A stretch of 63,771 bases of DNA, filler included, from Octopus bimaculoides (lineage: Eukaryota), in the NCBI RefSeq assembly GCF_001194135.2. It is 3 parts of 3 records of this genome, joined end to end, with 100 filler letters (N's around TTAATTAATTAA, not from the genome) between each part and the next. Parts side by side here need not be neighbours in the genome. Positions count along the whole stretch, not along the records: positions 1 to 28,396 come from NC_068996.1; 2 more parts are not named here. One strand, 5' to 3'. Position numbers and translations under genes: made by a program. The number at the start of each line of letters is the position of its first letter. Position 1 is the first letter of the stretch. This document shows, piece after piece, positions 12,680-23,444 of this stretch. Under the pieces are notes generated by a model, which searched no databases, was not told the origin of the DNA, and worked only from the letters and a program-made list of their open reading frames with translations.

Positions 12680-13625
12680 ATGCTTGATTTATTAATATTA
12701 AAATGCCTCTTTAGATTAACACTGGACTTAACATGTCTTATTACAAATCTGGCATCTCAGCATATCCATTGAAATGATCTTTATGTCATTTGGGTAAACT
12801 GGACAAAAATTAGTTTCAATATGTGAAGTGAAGCCAACCTGACAAGTCTTTCAACATGTTGAATGACTGAAGGATGGCACTATTCTGTTGAACAACTGAA
12901 GGATGGAACTATTTCTATTTTTAGCAAGCTGTTATTTTTCTGTTATTCTCCTTTCATTTTGCATACTTTACCCAGATCTTTTTCTCATCATTTATTTCTG
13001 TCAAGAGCAATAGATTCAACATCTTTGTATGGTATATTCAACTCCCCAAGACTGGTTTTTAGCAAGTCTTTATGCTGCTTTTTTTGGTTTGCACTATTTT
13101 TGCTTCTTAACAGAAAGCTCACCATAAAAAAAAAAACCTGCTTAGAGATGCACTAATTCCCCATCTGTATTCAATAGCCAGTCCACTACAACTGATCAGA
13201 AACTAGCATAGTGTGAACCGATAACATTTCTGCTCTCTTTAAAACATCCATATCAATCTACACCAGGGCAGGCTCTTGCTGTTGTCCAAATGTATGTGAA
13301 AGATGAAAAGTTAGCTGTTGTTCGTTCCTTTAAAAACCTCAGCAGCATGGTTAACTCAAAAAGAACTCTGGGTAGAGAAAATGCATCTTGCATTCAAAAG
13401 ACAGCAAAGTCTTTTGGTTCTCTAATGCACTGTATAGTTACAATGGACATACTGAGTTCAGCACAAAAATTTTGCCCTATTGTGCATCTGTACTCTCCTC
13501 TCTTCTTTATTTGGTAGAAACATGGACTGTTTACAACCACCATATAGAATCATTAAGATTCGTTTACCAAAAATGTCTTCATCAAATTCTCAGGATTAGC
13601 TGGAAATCATTTATATATATTTCCA
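12680..13625 (+). mobile_element. RTE-clade (BovB-like) LINE ORF relic
   Basis: ORF track peptides KLAVVRSFKNLSSMV...IQKTAKSFGSL and VLSSLLYLVETWTVYNHHIESL...CLHQILRISW match the RTE FKYLGS, KAS.AFG.L and LLY..ETWT...CLR.IL.I.W motifs. Left end approximate. Confidence 0.75.
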
Positions 13626-13655
13626 CAACCCAGACTGACCAAGATTTTTTCTTAC

Positions 13656-13707
13656 CTTCAGTTGTAGAGAGGTTATGTGCCTCTGGCCAACAAGTCTGAT
13701 GAATCAC
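13656..13707 (-). CDS. Putative 52-nt internal exon (VIHQTCWPEAHNLSTTE), phase 0 to 1
   Basis: Donor AAG|GTAAGA; acceptor cttagcagtgtag|G; only one frame is open. Confidence 0.5.
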
Positions 13708-14167
13708 CTACACTGCTAAGAACTTACAAGTGTGAAATTAATGGTAACTCCCTACTAACCAGTCATAACCAACAACTATATTAATTATTACTACTCTAAA
13801 ATTTTAGGGTATGCTTCGTTTCATACTTAAAAACTATATATATATATATATATATATATTTGTGGAATTTATATGGACGCATGTATGTATGAATATATGT
13901 GTGCACATGTATGCATGTATGTATAAATATGTGTGCATGTGTGTGTGTATATACATATATATGTGTGTGTAAGTGTTTATATGAATATGTATGTGTGTGT
14001 GTATGTATGGATATGTATCTGTGTATATGAATATATGTATGTATGTGTGCATGTGTGTATGTATGTATGTATGTATGTATGTATGTATGTATGTATGTAT
14101 GTATGAATATATATATGTATATATCTATGAAAATATATATTAATGAATATATATATATATATATATA

Positions 14168-15703
14168 ACGTAAAAACCCATGTAATTTACGCACTTTTTT
14201 GTAAAAACAAAAATAAACTTTAGTTGGTGCGTAAATTACATGAGTAGATCATTTCCAGAAATATTTTAAAAAAATTTTTTTTCAAAATGATGTACAAATG
14301 TAAACATTCGTACAGAAAGTTGACTCATCTAATGTCACAATAGGTTTTTACAGAAAAAATATAATGAAGTTGACTTTTATTTATCCTGGATGGTATAATG
14401 CTTACTTTTTCTGTATAAATTTACTAAAGCCATAATTTGGTCAACTACTTTTTGAAGTTTGATGTTCATGCTGGTAATCATGGTCTGGGCCATATTTTAC
14501 ATTGCTTGGAGTTTCTACCTATCGCAATGGAACCCAATGATTTCCTTAAACAGATCAGTTTTTCTCCATTTACGGAGTCTAGCTTGCACTAGGAAGTTAT
14601 TTACTCGCTTTCTCCACATTACAACACAATGAAATTCCTCACCACTATCAGCTCTTACTTCATCTAACATTGACAACAACATCATAATTCATCCTTGTAC
14701 ATGTAAACTCACTAAGTGAATATGACTTAGCATTCCTAAAGAAAACTTCATTTACCTTATATGGTGTTTAATGTCATTTCGCATTCATGTTGAATTATGC
14801 AGCAATCTTATGTTCTCTTCATAGAACACTTGTAATGTTTGTATTACCAGTTCTTTTGGTATGGTAGATTTTTGCTATTCTTGTTTATGTCTCCTCACAG
14901 ATGTGTATATTCTAACAAGTTGCTTCTTAAATTTCCATCTCTCTTCTTCAATAAACATTGAGTTAAACTTGCAAAACTGTTTATTTTCTCCTTCCAATTT
15001 TTAATGTTTATTTTAGCAGGTTACCAAACTATCAGTTTGGTCTCCAAGCTAAAACGGTAATGACAATTTTTTAGGTTTGCTTGACATTTTATAAGTGTGA
15101 AAGGATTAAAATTATGATACTCCGTATCAAAGGTTCCAACAAGCCTAGGCAGAAAATCAGAGCTTGACAAGAAGACACTTTTGACCAATCAGAATTCTGT
15201 TTACATAATCAGTTTGATCAGTCACTTTCCTCTGTTGGTTGAGTAAAGTGTCATCCAAGCTGATGTTTATTGGTAATTAAACTTATTTTGCAACACTTGT
15301 GCATATTTATCAGCTTTGTTTTTGTTGATAAGAATTATCAACAACTGTTCCTGTGATCATGATTTGAGAAGACATAAAGATTGAACAAAATCTCATGTGG
15401 GCAAGAAATGTAAAATTAAGTTTATTACAAACAACACAAACACTTTGTAATTTAATAGTTTTAAATGTGATACCTGTTAAACAGAAATTATTTTTATTTA
15501 ATGAAAATTTAATAAAATCTAATCATAAGTAAGTGAAATTATATTAAATACAACTAAACTGCAAATCTTTTCACCCTGGCCATATTGGTAATTCTGAAAA
15601 CTTCTGGGTGTGAATTTTACACGAGTAGAAGCTTTTTCTAACAATTTTTATCCTGAAAATTACCTGCGTTACACAGGTGCACAAATTACATGGAATTTTA
15701 CAG
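14168..15703 (-). mobile_element. Decayed pogo-like DNA transposon
   Basis: 27-bp imperfect TIRs (14168-14194 acgtaaaaacccatgtaatttacgcac and 15677-15703, 21/27 match) between TA tracts; minus-strand MSSKPKK... start resembles a pogo HTH. Confidence 0.6.
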
Positions 15704-15771
15704 TTTATATATATATATATATATGTTGAGATGATTTGGTAACATAATATCTAATAACTTAATAGTTTCTA

Positions 15772-15853
15772 CTCTTCTGATGAGATTTTGCCCAATACAA
15801 TCATTTAATTACTGAATTTAATTCTTTGGGCAAAATCGAAATAGCTGTCAGAG
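15772..15853 (+). ncRNA. Type I hammerhead ribozyme-like motif (near canonical)
   Basis: CTGATGA 15777-83; perfect 12-bp stem II GATTTTGCCCAA/TTGGGCAAAATC; GAAA 15838-41; palindromic stem III TAGCTG; GUC triplet (cleavage predicted after 15849); stem I CTCT/AGAG with one extra T. Confidence 0.65.
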
Positions 15854-16188
15854 AATATGTTTAATTTTTGCAGTTAATAAATTATATTAATGCTATATCA
15901 CTATTTTCTGAGTTTATATATATATATATATATATATAAATAAGCAGAAAATGGAGAAAACCTTTGATCAACAAACTGCTGACTCTACTATATATATATG
16001 TGAGTAAAAATAAATACAAAAAAAAGGGTTTTGTATGATCGTGTATAGAGGAATATATTATTTTATTTAAAAGAGTTCCAACTCTGTCTGTTTTTTATGT
16101 TTTTTATTTATATTCTTGTAAAATTTATGTGGGATATNNNNNNNNNNATATAGATAGATAGATAGATAGATAGATATACATACATACA

Positions 16189-16221
<33 letters not shown>

Positions 16222-16239
16222 GTATGTTTATATATGCGT

Positions 16240-16445
16240 GTAACCACGTGTGTATCGTTAGCGATTTTCTTCCTCAGTCTTCCCTTCTTTTGGACTTTCC
16301 TCTATTTCTGAAGAAGAGCTTTGCTCGAAACGTTAAACTATCTTCTTTTTTTCCTTCCCTGAGCGTCTGCTAATACTTTACATGTACCACAACCTCGTGT
16401 TGTTGTTTTTTGCATTTGTTCTTCATGTTTTTGGATTTACTATTT
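16240..16445 (+). mobile_element. Short PLE-terminus-like repeat with a minimal hammerhead motif at 16305-16337
   Basis: TTT-CTGAAGA-A-GAGC-TTT-GCTC-GAAA-CGT-T-AAA. Confidence 0.55.
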
Positions 16446-16611
16446 ATATATATTATATATATCTATGTATGTTTATATATGTGTGTATATAAATATATAT
16501 ATGTATCTATGTTTATATATGTGTATGTATATATATATATATATGTATGTATGTATGTATGTTTATATGTGTATATATATGTATGTTTATATATGTGTGT
16601 ATATATATATA

Positions 16612-16648
<37 letters not shown>

Positions 16649-18006
16649 NNNNNNNNNNNNNNNNNNNNNNNNNNNNNNNNNNNNNNNNNNNNNNNNNNNN
16701 NNNNNNNNNNNNNNNNNNNNNNNNNNNNNNNNNNNNNNNNNNNNNNNNNNNNNNNNNNNNNNNNNNNNNNNNNNNNNNNNNNNNNNNNNNNNNNNNNNNN
16801 NNNNNNNNNNNNNNNNNNNNNNNNNNNNNNNNNNNNNNNNNNNNNNNNNNNNNNNNNNNNNNNNNNNNNNNNNNNNNNNNNNNNNNNNNNNNNNNNNNNN
16901 NNNNNNNNNNNNNNNNNNNNNNNNNNNNNNNNNNNNNNNNNNNNNNNNNNNNNNNNNNNNNNNNNNNNNNNNNNNNNNNNNNNTATATATATATATATAT
17001 ATATATGTACTGGCAAAGATATATGCATGTTTATATTTGTATGTATGTTTTTATATATATATATATATATATATATTACACACATATACATACACACACA
17101 CACATATGTGTGTGTGTGTATATGTGTGTGCACACATTTTACATATCAAGTTCTATTTCTTCTCTAATTTGTGTCCTCAAACCTACATATAAATACATTT
17201 GTGTATGTGTATTATGTCTGCAAAATGTTATCTGAATTTTCTCCATCTCTAAAACTATCATCATCATCTCCATCACAAACAGGCAACATAATAACAAAAG
17301 CAATGAGGCAGTCTCTATGTGGTCACTTTATCTCCTAGAAATAGCATCAACTCTAATTTACACCCAACGATCTTTAGGAAAAAAAGAGGGCATCTAGTAA
17401 TTTAATTCTAGGTATACGATGTATACCTAGGAAAAAAAAATACCCAAAAAGTAGCTATGTTTGTGGTTGAAACATCTTTGATCATTGGTCATCTAGATTA
17501 GAGCTGACCCGGAGCTAAACAATGACAAAGGACACCACATTGGCTAATGTAGTCCAAGGTACACTGTGTCTGAATGAAAGATGGAATGTTCACAGCTGGA
17601 ACACCTTAGATCGTAGTGCTGCTGCATTAGGACTAGCTCGGGGCTAAACTGTAACACCCATTATTGTCACCACCACCACCACCACCACTGTTTCACAAAC
17701 ATGGTCTCCATTACCACCAGCACCGCCACCGTCGCCACCATTATAACAACCTCTGTTTCTGTGCTACCACCACAAAGACCGACACCACCACCACCGCCAC
17801 CACCACCATCACCACCAGCTCATAGGTTAGGAATGTATTTATCTTGTCACAATTATAACTTTGGGATTTTACTTCCCAAAAGATGTCGATAATTGCTGCT
17901 TTCCATTTTTACTTTAGGGAGAGAGAGCACTGTCTCCAACGTGTGTGAATGCGTGATGAATACGTGTGTATGTATATATATGTCTGTATGTTTGTGATTG
18001 TGTGTG

Positions 18007-18045
<39 letters not shown>

Positions 18046-18149
18046 GCACTGACTACACCTCTGCTACAGCAATTAATAATCAGGTGTGGCAGTAAAGACA
18101 CACCTGTCTACTTTACATCTATTTATTTATTTATTAAATTCATTTAATC

Positions 18150-18213
18150 TTTTCTGTTTGCTACTTCTTCTCTCTCTCACTCTCACTCTCTCTCTCACTC
18201 TTTCTCTCTCTCG

Positions 18214-18244
<31 letters not shown>

Positions 18245-18248
18245 GCTC

Positions 18249-18282
<34 letters not shown>

Positions 18283-19140
18283 CTTCCTACTCTGTTTCAT
18301 TCTTTTTCTTTCTATGTCTCTCTCATTCGTTCTCTTTAACCATCTGACTATTTTTCTCTTTCTCTCTCTCCTCTCTCTCTCTCTTACTCTTCTTTTCTCT
18401 ATGCTTTTCTCAGCTTCACTCTTTGTTTTTTGTCTGTCTCTCTCCCTGTCTTATTCTCTATTTGATCCTACATCTCTCTCACTCTCTCAATCTCTCTTAC
18501 TCTCTCCATCGCTCACTCTCCCTCTCTCTCACCTCCCTCTCTCTCATTCCATCTTGCTGACTCTATCCATCTCTCTTACTCTCTTCCTCTCTCACTCTGT
18601 CCATCTCTCACTATCTCCCTCTCTTCGTCTCTCTCACACTTTTCATCTCACTCTCTCCATATCTTATTCTCTCCCTCTGTCTTTCACTCTCTCCATTTTC
18701 CCTCTTCATCTCTCACTCTCTTCATCTCTCTCCCTCTCTCCAGCTCTCACTCTCCATCTCTCTCACTCTCCATCTCTTTCACTATCTCCTTCTCTCCCTC
18801 TCTCCAGTTTCCCTCTTCATCTCTCTTCTCTCTTCATCTCTCTCTCTCTTCATCTCTCTCTCTCTTCATCTCTCACTCTCTCCATCTCTCTCACTGTCTT
18901 CGTCTCTCTCTCTCATCTCTCACTCCCTCTCTCTTTCTCTTGTTCTCTCTTTCTCTCTCCTTTTCTGTCACTCTCACTCTCTCTCACTCTCTGTCTTTCT
19001 CTCCCTTATCTCTCTTGTTCCCTTTCCATCTCTATCACTCTCTCTCTCTTTTCATCTCTCTTTCTCTCCATCTCTCTCCCTCCTCATCTCTTGCTCTCTC
19101 TCACTCTCTCATTCTCCACTTCTCTCTCTTCCCCCCACCT
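18150..19140. repeat. About 1-kb degenerate (CT)-rich polypyrimidine tract
   Basis: Almost purine-free plus strand built of ctctct/ctcact/ctccat units; produces the spurious 366-aa Leu/Ser ORF. Confidence 0.9.
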
Positions 19141-19460
19141 ACCCATTGTTACACACATCCATATACACAATTCTCTATTCTTGTAAATCAAACATATTAC
19201 TAACTATTCTTCACAAAAATCACTAGTTAGCGAGAACTCAATTTATACAGGGATGGGTGCTCACTAATTCTCACTAATTAACTTTTGCTCTACAACCAGT
19301 AATAGGTAAACTTATGGCAAGCTAATTTACTCAACTACATACCGTGTTTGATTTGCTTTCACATGGAAATGCTTGCTGGACAGTCTTCATCCTCCATAAC
19401 GTATAGTATTGTCCAGAAAATCTAGTCAGACTTCCTATTTTAAATAGATTTGGATAAGTC

Positions 19461-20172
19461 AAGGCGCATGGCCTCATGGTTAGGGTTGTTGGCACTCCGT
19501 CGCTTACGACGTCAAGGGTTCCAGTTGATCCAATCTACAGAGCAGCCTGCTCGTGAAATTAACGTGCAAGTGGCTGAGCACTCCACAGACACGTGTACCC
19601 TTAACGTAGTTCTCGGGGATATTCAGCGTGACACAGAGTGTGACAAGGCTGACCCTTTTGAATTACAGGCACAACAGAAACAGGAAGAAAGAGTGAGAGA
19701 AAGTTGTGGTGGAAGAGTACAGCAGGGGTCGCCACCATCCGCTGCCGGAGCCTCGTGGAACTTTAGGTGTTTTCGCTCAATAAACACTCTGGGAATCGAA
19801 ACCGCGATCCTATGACCGCGAGTCCGCTGCCCTAACCACTGGGCCATTGCGCCTCCACCATGGTTAGGGTATATGGCTCATAATTGCAAAGTCGGGAGTT
19901 CGGTTCTCGGACCGGGCTGTGTGTTGTGTCCTTGAGCAAGACCCTTTATTTAACGCTTCTTCAGTCCACTCATCTGGCAAAAATGAGTTGTACTTGTATT
20001 TCAAAGGGGCCAGTCTTGTCCCCTTCTGTGTCACACTGAATTTCTCTGAGAAATAGGTTAAGGGTATGTGTGTCTGTGAAGTACTCATCCACTTGTGCAT
20101 TTAACTTCACGAGCTGGCTGTTCCATTGATCGAGTCAGCTGGAACCCTCACTGTTGTAATCGACAGAGTGCA
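19461..20172 (+). mobile_element. CORE-type SINE interrupted in its tRNA head by a nested SINE
   Basis: Head starts aaggcgcatggcctcatggttaggg, resumes at 19859 and continues through ccttgagcaagacc...cactcatctggcaaaaatgag. Confidence 0.75.
19487..19858 (-). mobile_element. Young SINE nested in the opposite orientation, with a 12-bp TSD
   Basis: TSD CATGGTTAGGGT at 19475-19486 and 19859-19870; intact A and B boxes (TGGCCCAGTGG, GTTTCGATTCC); CpGs retained. Confidence 0.85.
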
Positions 20173-20189
20173 AGTATGATACAGAGTGT

Positions 20190-20482
20190 GAAAGCACGTG
20201 GACTAGTGGTTAGGGTGTTACACTCTTGATCATGAGATTGTAGTTTCAATTCCGGGACCAGGTGTTACATTGTGTTCTTGAGCAAAACACTTCATCTCAC
20301 GTTGCTCTGTGATCACTTTGGCACCTGACGCATGGTATGCTGTACACCTGACCAGACAAACATCTATTTGATGGAGGGAGTGAGCTAATGTGCGGAACAT
20401 GGATTTGGTCACTTTTTAATAAATCACTTGTGCAAGTCGTTTGGCAAGAAATTGCAGAAACGTCTTTCTCGGACTATAATAG

Positions 20483-20490
<8 letters not shown>
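20190..20490 (+). mobile_element. CORE-type SINE of another subfamily (relative at about 43560-43830)
   Basis: tRNA-like head, ttgagcaaaacacttcatctcacgttgctc core and shared 3' ...tttctcggacta end. Confidence 0.6.
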
Positions 20491-20519
<29 letters not shown>

Positions 20520-20558
20520 TAAATATGTGTCTGTATGTGTATATATATATATATGTAA

Positions 20559-20637
<79 letters not shown>

Positions 20638-20644
20638 TGTTATA

Positions 20645-20818
20645 ATTTAATTTATGTAAGGGCATTACTATACAATAATGCCTCACGCTTAGAGGGACTC
20701 CATAAGTCAAAACTACCAAAATAAGCACATTTTTGTGCTTATTTTGGTAGTTTTGACTTATGGAGTCCCTCTAAGCGTGAGGCATTATTGTATAGTAATG
20801 CCCTTACATAAATTAAAT
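20645..20818. repeat. Perfect palindrome: 85-bp arms with a 4-nt TTTT loop
   Basis: 20645-20729 is the exact reverse complement of 20734-20818; the ORF track shows the same peptide on both strands. Confidence 0.95.
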
Positions 20819-21178
20819 ATATTTATGGAAAAAATGATGGTTTTCTTTTCCCTTGTGAGGTTTTTTCACGCTAACTACTTGATAAATTCTTATAAAGTCT
20901 TTATCCTTATATTGTATTATATATATATGCATGTGTATTTGATGATGATGATGATTTATAGATATGTGTGTATGTCTGTGTAATTATTACTTTACTGTCA
21001 CAGTTCTTTTCATTATAGAATTAGCCAACACCAGAATAATTCCAGCCATAACATATTTACTATATTCCCACACTCTGACTGTTAGGCATTCTGCTGTCAT
21101 CAAACTGACACCTGTTGGTCCAAGCATTACACTACATTACAAGAAATAGCCTCTAGCCTCTCACCCCTTCTCTCTCAC

Positions 21179-21225
21179 CACCCTTTCTCTCTGTGTGTAT
21201 GAACAATGTAGGATTTCACTGGAAT
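21179..21225 (-). CDS. Putative 47-nt internal exon (D-SSEILHCSYTQRERV), phase 1 to 0
   Basis: Acceptor atcatttgttgatag|A; donor GTG|GTGAGA; open and phase-compatible with both neighbours. Confidence 0.45.
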
Positions 21226-21607
21226 CTATCAACAAATGATTACAACACTTGTTACAGAATAAAACGTGGAAATGTATTTTTCTTCGTACCATTCCTCATC
21301 CATTTTTGTTGTTGTTGTTGTTTTTGAATGGCTGTTATAAAAGGAGCATCGTTTATTAAACACTGGCTCGTATGTATTCTTTTACTTGTTTCAGTCATTT
21401 GGCTGTGGCCATGCTGGAGCACTGCCTTCAAAGGTTTTAGTCGAAGAAGTCGACCCCACGACTTATTCCTTAAGCTTACTACTTTATTCTATCAGGTCCT
21501 TTTTGCCGAACTGCTAAGTTACGGGAACATAAACACACCAACACTGGTTGTCAAGCAATGGTGAGGCGGGAACAAACACAGGCACAAAGATGCATACATG
21601 CAAATAT

Positions 21608-21664
<57 letters not shown>

Positions 21665-22466
21665 CTTTATTTAAAAGCAGCAGAAATATAACAAAAAAAA
21701 CCGTTACTCTGAGTTTCACGTTCCCGTTCATCGGACAATTTTGCTTACTCCAGTATATATATATATATATATATAATGATATTAGGGATAAAAATCCAAA
21801 TTTACAGGTAAAAACTCAATTAAATTCAATTTATTAAAAATTGAAATAAAATTAAGCTTCACAGTATAAAATATAAATATATAGTTTTAGGGAAAATTCA
21901 GTGGATTTTCATCGATGAGTTCATGAACTTTGGTTCTTTTCCCTAAACTATATATATATATATATAAATAAATGACAGGCTTCCGGCAGTTTCCGTTTAC
22001 CAAATATATGCACACAACTTCGGTTGGTCCAAGGCTGTAGCAGAAGACACTTGCCCAGGGTGCCACGCAGTAAGACTGAACCTGGAATCATGTAGTTGGG
22101 AAGCAAACTTCTTACTACACAGACACAACTGCATATGTATAAGATTCAGCTCACTCATTTCTCTGCTGTACACTACACACACTAAAATGCAGCAGATACA
22201 TTAATATACAACAGATTATTTCACACATGCACTAATGGAAACATGGACTAATGCCTTCAGTTTATATCTCACGACAACAACAAATAACAATGCCACCACT
22301 AGAAACAATAAGGCTGTGAGGCAACCGGCACAGTAATCATATTGTTCAAAGTAGAGAACACAAATTACCAGAAATTCACCTGAATATGCCCTGGTTCTCA
22401 AGGAAACAGAAAACCTTATATAGAAAATTGGAACTACTCTCATTACCTCACCATCTCCTTTCTTAC

Positions 22467-22734
22467 CAGCAACACTTGTAAACATCAGATACAAACAATT
22501 GTTGCTTTCAATGGCATGAATATGCTGCATACATAAAGAGGACATATCAAGTGTTTGGATCAAACTTGTGACTTGGCTTTGCCACAGACTCACATGTTCA
22601 TTGCATTTTCTTCTGCGTGAATTGCCAGAAGGTACTGGTAGAAATAGCTTCCTTGTGGAGGCCTGCCATGGGGCAGTATGAAGGGTCACACCCACAGGTG
22701 ATGCTTTGGGAGACTGCTGTACCAGTTGATGCAT
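22467..22734 (-). CDS. Putative first coding exon of an uncharacterised minus-strand gene (MHQLVQQSPKASP...CMQHIHAIESNNCLYLMFTSVA, ends phase 1)
   Basis: Lies in a 189-codon non-repetitive ORF (22216-22785). ATG at 22734; donor CTG|GTAAGA at 22466. Phase matches the 21225 exon. The upstream acceptor and start codon are uncertain. Confidence 0.5.
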
Positions 22735-23142
22735 AATCTTGCATTTTTTTCTCCTTCTGTTTGTGAATGATGTCTCAGTAAACACAAAACTTATAATAGA
22801 TTAAGGACACAGATAACAGCAGCTTTGAGATCATGATTTCTTCCTCCTCTCCATCCACAATCAAATCCAACTTAAAAAACAAACTTCATCATTATCATTT
22901 AACTTCCACTTTCCCATTTCCATGAGTCTCACAGAATTTGTTGGGGCGGTTTTTGTACATCCAGATGTCCTTCCTGCCACCAACCCTCACTTGTTTAATA
23001 TTTCCCATGACTAGACATATTTTTGTAGAAGATTGAAAACAAAGGAAACTGCTTGCAGAATGGTAACATTTGATTCATTTACAACTATCATGTGATGTCA
23101 AGACAAGTTGACAGTAACACACACATGTACATATACTATAGG

Positions 23143-23203
<61 letters not shown>

Positions 23204-23320
23204 TCAAAAAGTACCTTAGTAATGAGAACCCAGGTTCGAAATTTCCCCCAAGACATCTGATGAAGGTTGGAGGGTATATCAGCCGAAACATTGTGTTAAC
23301 AACAAACAAGATGTAAATGT
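23143..23320 (+). mobile_element. (AAT)n plus hammerhead-bearing repeat segment (5'-truncated relative of 25252-25527)
   Basis: GACAT-CTGATGA-A-GGTTG/CAGCC-GAAA-CAT-T-GTGTT at 23252-23297, after an (AAT)n tract and gagaacccaggttcgaaatttcccc. Confidence 0.7.
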
Positions 23321-23412
23321 TATATTATCAAGCACTTTTGTCAAACTGCTAAGTTATGAGGATGTAAACACATCAACATCAGTTGTGAAGTGATGGTGGC
23401 GACAACACAAAC

Positions 23413-23444
<32 letters not shown>

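Noticed and set aside
18086-19186. 366-aa Leu/Ser ORF and the many YI/HT/CV/DDD/MMM ORFs throughout
   Set aside because: They are translations of microsatellites and low-complexity tracts.
19820-19858. tRNA-like sequences here and at other SINE heads
   Set aside because: They have A/B boxes but continue into SINE bodies without a complete acceptor stem, so they are not tRNA genes.
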